Source of the DNA: Desulfobacterales bacterium
Lineage (GTDB): Bacteria > Desulfobacterota > Desulfobacteria > Desulfobacterales > UBA5852
Direction: 5' to 3'
DNA: 64,000 bases
Assembly: GCA_963674755.2 (NCBI GenBank)
Contig: CAXXVS010000001.1
Location: forward strand, 992,001-1,056,000
Position numbers and translations under genes: made by a program. Shown piece by piece: positions 38,778-47,068 of this stretch (its first letter is position 1; each line of letters begins with the position of its first letter). The notes under the pieces are model-generated. The model had not been told where the DNA came from, searched no databases, and saw only the letters and a program-made list of their open reading frames with translations.

Positions 38778-39452
38778 GTGATCGCACTGACCGACATTTC
38801 CAAATCCTTCCGCTCGGGACGCGGCCGGATCGACGCCCTGACAGACGTTTCCATGGATGTCCCGGCCGGGGACTTTGCCGCGATCATGGGAAAATCGGGG
38901 TCCGGCAAGTCCACCCTGCTTAATTGTATCGGCGGGTTGGAGAAGCCCGATCGGGGGGCGATCCGCTGCTTCGAAACCGTCGTCAACCGGCTGGCGGCCC
39001 GCCCGTTGAGTTTGTTTCAGCGCCGCCACCTGGGCTTTGTCTTCCAGCGGGGCAATCTGCTCGCCTACCTCACCGTGGCCGAGAATATCGGTTTGCCGCT
39101 GACCCTGAACAAGGTGACCGGCGCGGAGCGCACCTGCCGAATCGAAGCCCTGCTCGAGGGCATCGGCCTTTCCGAGGCCGCCCGGGCCCTGCCCCATGAG
39201 TTGTCCGGCGGCGAAACCCAGCGGGTGAGCGTGGCCCGGGCCCTTGCCCACCGGCCGCGTCTGCTGCTGGCGGACGAACCCACCGCCAATCTGGATACGG
39301 ACAGCGGCCGACAGGTGGTGGCCCTCATGCGCCGTTTGAGTACGGAATCCGGCAGCACCATCATCATGGCGACCCACGACCGTGATATCCTCAATGACGT
39401 AGACCGGATCATCCATTTGAAAGACGGTACCTTGGCAAAGGAGGCCTCATGA
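38778..39452 (+). CDS. ABC transporter ATP-binding protein (LolD/MacB-like)
   Basis: GKSGSGKST, GFVFQ, LSGGETQRV, LLADEPTANLD, ATHD. Confidence 0.95.
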   Translation: MIALTDISKSFRSGRGRIDALTDVSMDVPAGDFAAIMGKSGSGKSTLLNCIGGLEKPDRGAIRCFETVVNRLAARPLSLFQRRHLGFVFQRGNLLAYLTVAENIGLPLTLNKVTGAERTCRIEALLEGIGLSEAARALPHELSGGETQRVSVARALAHRPRLLLADEPTANLDTDSGRQVVALMRRLSTESGSTIIMATHDRDILNDVDRIIHLKDGTLAKEAS

Positions 39453-39694
39453 GGACAGTCAAGCACCTTTTGATCGGCGCCGCCATCACGCTCGTTTTGG
39501 GGAGCTGCGCCTACCGCTATTACCTGGGGATGCACGGCCCGTCCATCCGTCTTTCCCCCGATGTGCATGCCGGGGTGACGGAGGATGCCCAATGCTTGGC
39601 CTGCCACGACCCGGACGGTGATCCCGAGGGGCCGCCCACCTCGCATCCCCAGTTTGTGGGCTGTCTCAAATGTCACGACGATAGCCTGGACTAG
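39449..39694 (+). CDS. Small dihaem cytochrome c lipoprotein
   Basis: AAGGAGG SD, ATGA overlap; lipobox LGS-C; CLACH and CLKCH. Confidence 0.8.
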   Translation: MRTVKHLLIGAAITLVLGSCAYRYYLGMHGPSIRLSPDVHAGVTEDAQCLACHDPDGDPEGPPTSHPQFVGCLKCHDDSLD

Positions 39695-39984
39695 CGTGAT
39701 GGGCGCTTTACCGAAAGAAATCGTGCAAATGGCGTAATCGTGCTTATTTTATATTATAATAGCTGGTAGCGTTCGACCGTCATACCGCCTGCCGATGCTC
39801 CACTAAAAGGGATCGGCTGGTTTTTGGTGCTGACAGCGAACGATGGCGACTGCCCCCTTTCCTACCAAATTCCGTCCCTGATCAAGACGAATCATTCGCC
39901 CTATCCGTCGTTGCGGTTGTTTTGGCCAACGCCGCGCATGGTCACACGGCATGACGGTAAATTACAACCCAAGCTGGAGGTGTC

Positions 39985-40878
39985 ATGGAACAGGCGACGA
40001 AAATTGAGTTCAACGTTGATGAAAAGTACGAAAACGAGAAGGGCGTCTTCAAGGTTGTTTCCATCCATAAGGATCAGATGGTGATACGATGGGAAAACGG
40101 TGAAGAAACCAAAACGGATATCGCGTTGCAGTCCCGTATTGCGGAGCGCCGGCAATGGGAAGAAATTAAACGCCTGGCGGACATCAACGCCGCCCACGAA
40201 GCGCAACGCAAGTCGACAGCGAAGACCACCAAAGCGGTGTTTGCCGGTTTGGCGCCGACGGATTTCAAAGCCAGCTGCTCCCGGACCACGTGGCGTTCCC
40301 GCAACCAACTGGGGCGTACGGTAACCACCAAAATCAAAAGCAACCAGTCCGAATTCAATTCCTGGGCTTTCGGCCGTCTACCGGAAATGCACGTGCAGGA
40401 CGTCCGTCATCATGATACGGCGGCCACAACTGGTCAGCCCCGTTTTTTCGTCCGTCTTGATGATCAGTTTCTTTACTACGGGCTTTGGGTGGCACGTCCC
40501 GATGGCGTGGGTGGCAAACCGACCGGCTGGTCTATGCTCCGCGAATGGTTGACCCGGCAGGAAAACGAGCAGGCGGTCCATACCCTCGCCGTCAAGAATC
40601 ATCTGACCCTATGCCATCGTGCGCACCCGGCGGCCTGTATCAAGGCTGTCCCCGAGGATGGCGGCTGGCATATCGAAGGCCGAGACCCGTCTCTGTCCGA
40701 AGCGTCGCTATCCGCCTGTTTTGATCATCTACCGCCATCAGACCCGTGCGAAACCGAACTTTTTGCGGTCCTTGCCAAGGACGATGCGGTGGCGCGCGGC
40801 CGTGACATCGGCGTCCCCATCGCCCAATTGTTCACGGACCTGTTGCCGCTCTACCAGGCCGCGACAAGCCATCTATAA
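39985..40878 (+). CDS. Hypothetical protein
   Basis: GGAGG SD; 297-aa ORF; no family recognised. Confidence 0.75.
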   Translation: MEQATKIEFNVDEKYENEKGVFKVVSIHKDQMVIRWENGEETKTDIALQSRIAERRQWEEIKRLADINAAHEAQRKSTAKTTKAVFAGLAPTDFKASCSRTTWRSRNQLGRTVTTKIKSNQSEFNSWAFGRLPEMHVQDVRHHDTAATTGQPRFFVRLDDQFLYYGLWVARPDGVGGKPTGWSMLREWLTRQENEQAVHTLAVKNHLTLCHRAHPAACIKAVPEDGGWHIEGRDPSLSEASLSACFDHLPPSDPCETELFAVLAKDDAVARGRDIGVPIAQLFTDLLPLYQAATSHL

Positions 40879-40965
40879 AGGCCTCCCGTGTGACGCTGAA
40901 GCAGAAGGGGCTGTGCCGGCTGCGATACACACCTGTCGTATGCCATGCCGCGAAGAAAGCAGAAA

Positions 40966-41775
40966 ATGACCAAGACCCTTGAAACCCAAAACATGGCCGT
41001 ATTTTGTGATTTTGAAAATGTGGCGCTCGGTGTGCGGGATGCCCGCTGTGCCGAGTTCGATATCCACAAAGTGCTGGAAAAACTTCTTCTGAAGGGCAGC
41101 ATCGTCGTCAAAAAGGCCTATTGCGACTGGGAACGTTACAAAATATTCAAAGCCGCCATGCACGAGGCCGCCTTTGAACTGATCGAGATCCCGCATGTCC
41201 GCCAGTCCGGAAAGAATTCGGCCGACATCCGCATGGTCGTCGACGCCCTGGATCTTTGCTATACCAAATCGCATGTCGATACATTTGTGATCATATCCGG
41301 AGATTCGGATTTCTCCCCATTGGTGAGCAAGCTGCGCGAGAACGACAAAAAAGTGATCGGTGTCGGGGTGAAGCAATCCAGCTCAGATCTTTTGATCGCC
41401 AATTGTGACGAATTCATCTATTATGACAACCTCGTGACCCGTGAAAAAAAGTCCTTGAAAGCGACTCGCAAAGCGCCTGTGAAAGGGACCAAGGGCTCCA
41501 AGAAAGACAAGGAAACGGAAGAACGCACGAGTGAAGCTCTTGATCTTGTCATGGAGACGCTGGAGGCGCTGGCGGAAGAGAGGGGCGCGGAAGATAAAAT
41601 TTGGGGATCGATGGTTAAGCAGACCCTCAAACGCCGCCGCCCCGGATTTAACGAGTCCTATTACGGGTTCCGCTCTTTCAAGCGTCTTCTTGAAGAGGCT
41701 GCGGCGCGCGGCATGATTGAACTTGAACCCGACGAGAAATCCGGCGGCTATATCATTAGCTCCAGCCGAATTTAA
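40966..41775 (+). CDS. NYN-domain (LabA/DUF88) ribonuclease-like protein with C-terminal OST-HTH/LOTUS domain
   Basis: FCDFENV, KAYCDW, GKNSADIRMVVD, ISGDSDFSPL, CDEFIYY; PGFNESYYGFRSF. Confidence 0.92.
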   Translation: MTKTLETQNMAVFCDFENVALGVRDARCAEFDIHKVLEKLLLKGSIVVKKAYCDWERYKIFKAAMHEAAFELIEIPHVRQSGKNSADIRMVVDALDLCYTKSHVDTFVIISGDSDFSPLVSKLRENDKKVIGVGVKQSSSDLLIANCDEFIYYDNLVTREKKSLKATRKAPVKGTKGSKKDKETEERTSEALDLVMETLEALAEERGAEDKIWGSMVKQTLKRRRPGFNESYYGFRSFKRLLEEAAARGMIELEPDEKSGGYIISSSRI

Positions 41776-41863
41776 CCTCTAAGGGTCAATTCCCCGCCGC
41801 TGGCGGCGAATTAAGACAATATTCTTTAGAGATACCCCGTCCGCTTGCGGTGGGGTAGTTCAT
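41771..41863 (-). repeat. Short palindromic element resembling IS200/IS605 ends (PATE/REP-like)
   Basis: Minus strand TGAACTACCCCACCGCAAGCGGACGGGGTATC...CGCCGCCAGCGGCGGGGAATTGACCCTTAGAGGTTAAA: two GC-rich hairpins around an AT-rich spacer, no transposase. Confidence 0.6.
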
Positions 41864-41929
41864 TTTGTCTCCGGTAATTTTTTTTGAACAGGATCGAGCC
41901 GTTAACCCATCATCTGCGGACGTTCTATT

Positions 41930-42592
41930 ATGGAAGATAAAACGATATGTAAAACAATGCAGCACGAAATTGGCAAATTGGAGAGCGAAATTGTCGAACA
42001 TATGCGCAAGGAAAAAGCGCTTCAGGAGCAAAAAGAACAAGTTGAAAACGGGCACACAAGGCGGACGCTTAGCCTGATGAAAATTATCGAAGAGCTGCAG
42101 CATGAGATCCGTTCGTTAAGGAAAGCCGATCAAGATGAGCTAAAGCACGTTTCGCACGACCTTAGCGGGCGTATCAAGGAACTCAACACCCTCTACGACA
42201 TTTCCAGCCTCAGGAGCGGCACCAATTTTTCATTGGATCAGATTCTGCAAGCCGTTGTGGATTTTGTTCCCTCGGCAATCCCTTATTCCGAAAATGTCGG
42301 CGCACGCCTTCTCTTGGACCGTTATGTGTTCGCAACACGCAATTTTAAAGACACCAAATGGAAGCTCTCCCAAAACATCAGGATTAACAATGTGCCGCTT
42401 GGTGTTCTTGAAATCTGTTATCTGGAAGAGACGCCCAAACGCGATGGAGCGCTTTTTTTCATGGAGACCGAAAAATTAATGGCCGCCATTGCGGAAAGCG
42501 TCGCCCAGATTGTGGAGCGTGAATGGGCCGGAATCAAGATCAGGGATGGCTACACCAAAATCGATGCCTTGATCAAGTCGAAGCCGGCCTAA
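41930..42592 (+). CDS. Coiled-coil plus GAF-like domain protein with no output domain
   Basis: Heptad N-terminus; RIKELNTLY...PYSE..GAR...LEICYLEE...AIAE pattern seen in GAF-like sensor modules. Confidence 0.65.
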   Translation: MEDKTICKTMQHEIGKLESEIVEHMRKEKALQEQKEQVENGHTRRTLSLMKIIEELQHEIRSLRKADQDELKHVSHDLSGRIKELNTLYDISSLRSGTNFSLDQILQAVVDFVPSAIPYSENVGARLLLDRYVFATRNFKDTKWKLSQNIRINNVPLGVLEICYLEETPKRDGALFFMETEKLMAAIAESVAQIVEREWAGIKIRDGYTKIDALIKSKPA

Positions 42593-42751
42593 AAGTGGCC
42601 CGCACGCCACGTATGGGAAAACGAATTGACAAACCAAGGCGTTCCTGTATTTACTCACAAACCGCAGAGACGCAACCATCTCTTGCGGCTGTTGATGTCA
42701 CATTGTTGATGATAGCCGCTACCGGAATTCCATCCAGGGAGAACGACCGGG

Positions 42752-43675
42752 GTGAACAATCGCGTCTCTGCAGCGGGCGGCAAGGTCTGGTCCGGACTCA
42801 AGAGCACCATGCGTGCGGTTCTCGGCTATCCCAGGACCCCCTCGTCAAGCCCAAACGCCAAACGGCGATACGGCCTTCTGCCGTCTTCCCGATCACATTG
42901 CCATCCCCAAGATTCATCCTGCTGCCGATCCACCATTGCCGTTCTGCCCGATTTATGCCCGAGGCCTGTGGCGGTTTGCGACCGCGGCGGCGTCCATAAC
43001 CCGGATCCATCCGAACTGTTCCGCTATCTCAGTCGTCGGGGAAATTCCATCGACGATATCAGCCGGGCCAATGACATCTTGCGGATGCCGCGGGTTTTGC
43101 TGGAAGTCGGCTGCGGCAGCGGCGAGGCGGCCCGCCTGATTGCCGAGAAGAATCCCGACATGGGGATCATCGGCACCGACCTCTACGACTGCGACGGCGA
43201 TCCCGCCACGGGTTCCTTCTACGGCAAGATTGCCCGCTTGTGGTGCAGCCGCCAGCTGCCGGCCCAGCAGGATGCGCCCCCCAATCTGGTCTTCCTGCGG
43301 GCGGAGGCCGACCTGCTGCGCTGCCTGCCGGAGGCCGCTCTGGAGACCATCCTGCTGGTCAACCCTGAGCCCCTCATGGGGCAGGGCTTTATCCAGTTCC
43401 TTCAGGAGGAGGGAATCGCCGCGAAAACCAAACCGGGACCGAACCAGATCGTGATCCTGCCCTATTCCCGGGAACTGGGGGTAATGGCTTGCGGCGGGTT
43501 TTCCTTCGAACACGATCCGGACTGGTCCCGGGGCCTGGGCTACATTCTGGGCGGCGGCCTGTCCTTCCGGCGGGGGCTGCCGATCCAGTGGGGGGTGGAT
43601 TTGCGGCAGGTGTCGGCCTACACGGGGAATTCCACCCAGCGGGATATCTTCATCCACGGTGACATACCAAACTAA
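42752..43675 (+). CDS. SAM-dependent methyltransferase, TrmB-like (start uncertain, probably later)
   Basis: LLEVGCGSGE, NPDMGIIGTD, NLVFLRAEA, VNPEP. Confidence 0.65.
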   Translation: MNNRVSAAGGKVWSGLKSTMRAVLGYPRTPSSSPNAKRRYGLLPSSRSHCHPQDSSCCRSTIAVLPDLCPRPVAVCDRGGVHNPDPSELFRYLSRRGNSIDDISRANDILRMPRVLLEVGCGSGEAARLIAEKNPDMGIIGTDLYDCDGDPATGSFYGKIARLWCSRQLPAQQDAPPNLVFLRAEADLLRCLPEAALETILLVNPEPLMGQGFIQFLQEEGIAAKTKPGPNQIVILPYSRELGVMACGGFSFEHDPDWSRGLGYILGGGLSFRRGLPIQWGVDLRQVSAYTGNSTQRDIFIHGDIPN

Positions 43676-44376
43676 GGCATGTCGCTATCACCCACCGGGC
43701 AGGCCAGTTCGCACAGGCGGCAGTAGGCGACTTTAAATTTGGTGGCCATGCCCACCACGGGCGAGTGCAGGGCGATGGGGTGGGCTTCGTTTGCTCTCAT
43801 CTGCCATTGGCAGCGTTCATGGATATAGGACCCGCCGGCAAAGGCGTCCTGGGGACAGGCGCCCAGGCAGGGGGCGGGGCATTCCTTGCAGGGCTCAAAC
43901 CCTCCCAGGGGCCCCGGCACCGGCAGGGAACGATTCAGCAGCAGTGCTCTTAACCGCACCCGAGGGCCGTATCGGGGCGTGATCAACAGGTTGTTGCGGC
44001 CCATGACCCCCAGGCCGGCCAGGATGGCCGCATCTTTGAGGAACACCCCGTTGCGGTCCACTTGATAAGGGAGCTCAAAGGCTTCGAGCGCAACTTTTTT
44101 CCGCATCCATTTCACCAGCCGGCGGTTGATATTGACCAGTCGGCGATTGCCGGGGGTCCCGCCTTGCCAGTTGTCCCACCAATCCATTTCAGGCTGCCCG
44201 GGGGGATGGACCAAGGCGAGCACCACCAGCGTGCCGTCGGAATGTTGCGGGAGGTGCCGTCGATGGTGTCGGTACGATGGGGAATTCAGCAGGGCGTCAA
44301 CAGGAACGAGCCCCACGCATGAGGCCCCCAATGCCATCGCCCGTCTGGTGATCGTTTGGCTGGTGACAGACGCCAT
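43672..44376 (-). CDS. QueG-like (epoxyqueuosine reductase / reductive dehalogenase-like) 2x[4Fe-4S] protein
   Basis: LKDAAILAGLGVMGRNNLLITPRYGPRVRL; CKECPAPCLGACP; CRLCELACP. Confidence 0.82.
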   Translation of the reverse strand: MASVTSQTITRRAMALGASCVGLVPVDALLNSPSYRHHRRHLPQHSDGTLVVLALVHPPGQPEMDWWDNWQGGTPGNRRLVNINRRLVKWMRKKVALEAFELPYQVDRNGVFLKDAAILAGLGVMGRNNLLITPRYGPRVRLRALLLNRSLPVPGPLGGFEPCKECPAPCLGACPQDAFAGGSYIHERCQWQMRANEAHPIALHSPVVGMATKFKVAYCRLCELACPVGDSDMP

Positions 44377-44701
44377 GAGCGATTTCCTCGTTTTCGAGCG
44401 CATGCCCGCCGGCACCCGCGTCAATGGAATCGCAAATGATAACCTAACCATTGGGTATCACAATCGGGCCACGGGTTCCATACCGTGCCTGCCGTTGACA
44501 GGCGATGGCCTGGTGCTAGGGCAGAGCTGATTTCTGCCGGCCGAGCCGGGTCGCGAAAAGGTCCCTTACGGAATGACGCTTGCCATGCATGGCGGCGCAC
44601 TGCTATGGGACGATTAGGAAGGCGGTTGCCTGACCGCTTCCGGCCATCAAGATCCGGGGATGAAAGCCTTTCCCCATCAAGTATAACCGAGGACGACACG
44701 C

Positions 44702-45172
44702 ATGAAGCTTACCGCCAAGGATTTGATGATCACCCAATTTCATACACTGTCCCCGGAAACGCCCGTCAGCGAGGCCGTTGACTTGTTCAAACGGGCCAGC
44801 GCCGAAGAAGGCCGCAAGATCTTCGGTTTGATGGTGATAGACGATCAAGGCCGCCTGGCGGGTATCCTGTCCATGTATGATATTCTGCTTTTCTTGCGTC
44901 CCAAACACATCCACATCTGGGGTGTTCTGGACGATATCGACATTTCGGGGCTCGTCGGCCGGGCCTGTGAAAAGACCAAAACCATCCGGGTGGGGGAGAT
45001 CATGACCCCGGAGGTTGTCACCATTACACCGGAAACCCACATCCTGATGATTCTCGATATCATGATCAAAAAGCATGTCCGCCGTCTGCCTGTGGTGGCG
45101 GACGGGAAGATCCAGGGCATCGTCTATATTTCGGATCTTTTCTACAATGTGCTCGATCGTTTCGTGGCCTAG
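44702..45172 (+). CDS. CBS-pair protein
   Basis: AKDLM, GILSMYD, VGEIMT, RRLPVV, GIVYISD. Confidence 0.9.
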   Translation: MKLTAKDLMITQFHTLSPETPVSEAVDLFKRASAEEGRKIFGLMVIDDQGRLAGILSMYDILLFLRPKHIHIWGVLDDIDISGLVGRACEKTKTIRVGEIMTPEVVTITPETHILMILDIMIKKHVRRLPVVADGKIQGIVYISDLFYNVLDRFVA

Positions 45173-45183
45173 GGGACCCCGTC

Positions 45184-46068
45184 ATGCCCAAGTCCGATAA
45201 AACCACCCTCAGCGGCCTCGCGGTGGGCCAGGCCATGCGCCGCCAGACGATAAGCTTGGATCAGGCGACTTCCATCGGCAACAGCATCAACACCCTCATC
45301 AAGTACAAGGTCAATGCGCTTCTTACGACGGATCAGGACGGTGCCCCGGTGGGGGTGCTGTCCAAAACGGATATCATGGGCGCCTATTACGCCGGTCTTC
45401 CCATCGATTCGCCCCTGGAAGATATCATGAGCAGACCGCCCTTATTCTGCCGCCCGGACGATCCTTTGGAATCCGCTTTGGAAGCTATGCGTGCCAGCCA
45501 TGTTTATCGCCTGTTTGCCAGGGATGACCACCATCAGGTGGTGGGGGTTTTGGCCTATCCGGATATTGTGGGACTGCTTTACCAATACTGCCGGGATTGC
45601 GACTTCAGCCATGCTCGCCAAAAAAAGAAATCCGGTGCCGCCATCCGGCGTTTTACCGTGGGCGACATCATGACCAGGGACGTCCAGGCGGTGGCCGTGG
45701 AGGCGTCGCTCTTTCAGGTGATGGAAGCACTTTCGGCGTATCGTTTCGGGGCGATTCTCGTCAGGGACCGGGAAGCGACCCCCTGCGGCGTCATCTCCAA
45801 AACCGATCTGGCCCTCGCCTACAAACGGGAGATCGATAGCGGCGTCTCCGCCGGGTCCATCATGTCCTCCCCGGTGCAGACCTGTAGCGCCGACGATCTG
45901 CTGGAAGACGCCATCCGGAAGATGATTTTCTCCGATGTGCACCGCCTGTTTGTCCAGCAGTCCCACCCGGAGAATATTGTCGGTGTGTTCTCCCTCTCGG
46001 ATGCCGCCCGCATCCGCTCCGGTTCCTGCCAAGCCTGCATGAGCAGCCGTATTCAGCTGGACACATAG
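45184..46068 (+). CDS. Four-CBS-domain protein with two CxxC motifs
   Basis: Two CBS pairs (GVLSKTD and GVISKTD); CRDC and CQAC after each pair. Confidence 0.88.
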   Translation: MPKSDKTTLSGLAVGQAMRRQTISLDQATSIGNSINTLIKYKVNALLTTDQDGAPVGVLSKTDIMGAYYAGLPIDSPLEDIMSRPPLFCRPDDPLESALEAMRASHVYRLFARDDHHQVVGVLAYPDIVGLLYQYCRDCDFSHARQKKKSGAAIRRFTVGDIMTRDVQAVAVEASLFQVMEALSAYRFGAILVRDREATPCGVISKTDLALAYKREIDSGVSAGSIMSSPVQTCSADDLLEDAIRKMIFSDVHRLFVQQSHPENIVGVFSLSDAARIRSGSCQACMSSRIQLDT

Positions 46069-46122
46069 CGTCCTGTCACGCATTGGGATATAGGTATAGA
46101 AACGCTTGACAGTAATGCTGCC

Positions 46123-46650
46123 GTAGAAGACGGCATCAGCGAGATAGCGGCGGGCGAGGCTGGCGAAGTCGTCATCAAAGGCCCTCAAATCATGCGGGGC
46201 TGCTACAATCGACCTGAGGATACTGCCGCTGTGCTGCGGGACGGCTGGTTGCATACCGGCGATATCGGCCGAATGGACAAGGAGGGCTTTCTGACGCTGG
46301 TGGATCGTAAAAAGGACATGATCATCGCCAGCGGCTACAACGTTTACCCCAACGAGATCGACGGCGTTCCCTGCGATCATCCGGATGTGCTTGAAGCCTG
46401 CACCATTGGCGTGCCCGATGCCTACCGCGGCGAAACGGTCAAGATCCTTGTCGTCCCCAAACAGGGCGCATTGTTGAGCAAGGAGGACCTTATCGCCTTT
46501 TGTCGCTCGCGCCTGGCCGCTTATAAGGTGCCCCGGCAGGTCACTTTCATCGACGAACTACCCAAAAGCGCTGTGGGGAAGATATTGCGGCGCAAGCTGA
46601 GAGAAAGGGAAGAAAGGACGGGTGAAAATAAAGGCGCCGCCACTGAATGA
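46123..46650 (+). pseudogene. C-terminal fragment of a long-chain acyl-CoA ligase
   Basis: GEVVIKGPQIMRG, GWLHTGDIG, DRKKDMII, LPKSAVGK; the N-terminal ~390 aa, including the P-loop, are absent. Confidence 0.85.
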
Positions 46651-46688
46651 AAAAGATAAAATAGCGTTCGTTTTGAAAAAGGCACTCC

Positions 46689-47045
46689 ATGAAAGAACAA
46701 ATCGTTTTTGGCGACCGGATGGTCCCCGTCACCCTGCCGGACAACGTCATCACGGCACTGCCGGGACTTTCCACAACCTTAGCGCCGCTGGACGATATTG
46801 CCGCTGAAATTCAACGGGCGCTGCAATCGCCCCTGGGGCGTCCGCCCCTGCCGGAGCTGGTCAAGCCGGGGGACAGGGTGACCATCGCTTTCGACGATCC
46901 CACGGTGCCCTGTTTCGCTCCGGTCTGGGAGCCGGCCATTAAACAGGTCATTGCCGAATTGGGCCGGGCCGGCGTCAAGCCGGCAGACATTCCCCAAAAT
47001 CCATATTGGACTTGCCATTGGGTCGGCCGCCGGATTAAAACGTGA
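46689..47045 (+). pseudogene. N-terminal fragment of a LarA-family (lactate racemase N-domain, DUF2088) protein
   Basis: IQRALQSPLGRPPLPELVKPGDRVTIAFDDPT, then the ORF ends at 118 aa. Confidence 0.75.
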
Positions 47046-47068
47046 CCCGATAATGATGTCGACTGCAA

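Noticed and set aside
39729..39745. Sigma54-like promoter TGGCGTAATCGTGCT
   Set aside because: The GG-to-GC spacing is 9 nt rather than the required 10.
44490..44700. Possible riboswitch ahead of the CBS genes (GGCGATGG...GCTGAT, several hairpins)
   Set aside because: It does not fit the fluoride, Moco or cobalamin consensus by eye; hairpins are expected at this GC content.
46066..46068. The CBS gene's TAG is in frame with the downstream ligase fragment, suggesting pyrrolysine or other readthrough
   Set aside because: The intervening codons show no family similarity, the fusion would lack the ligase P-loop, and in-frame coincidence is a one-in-three event.
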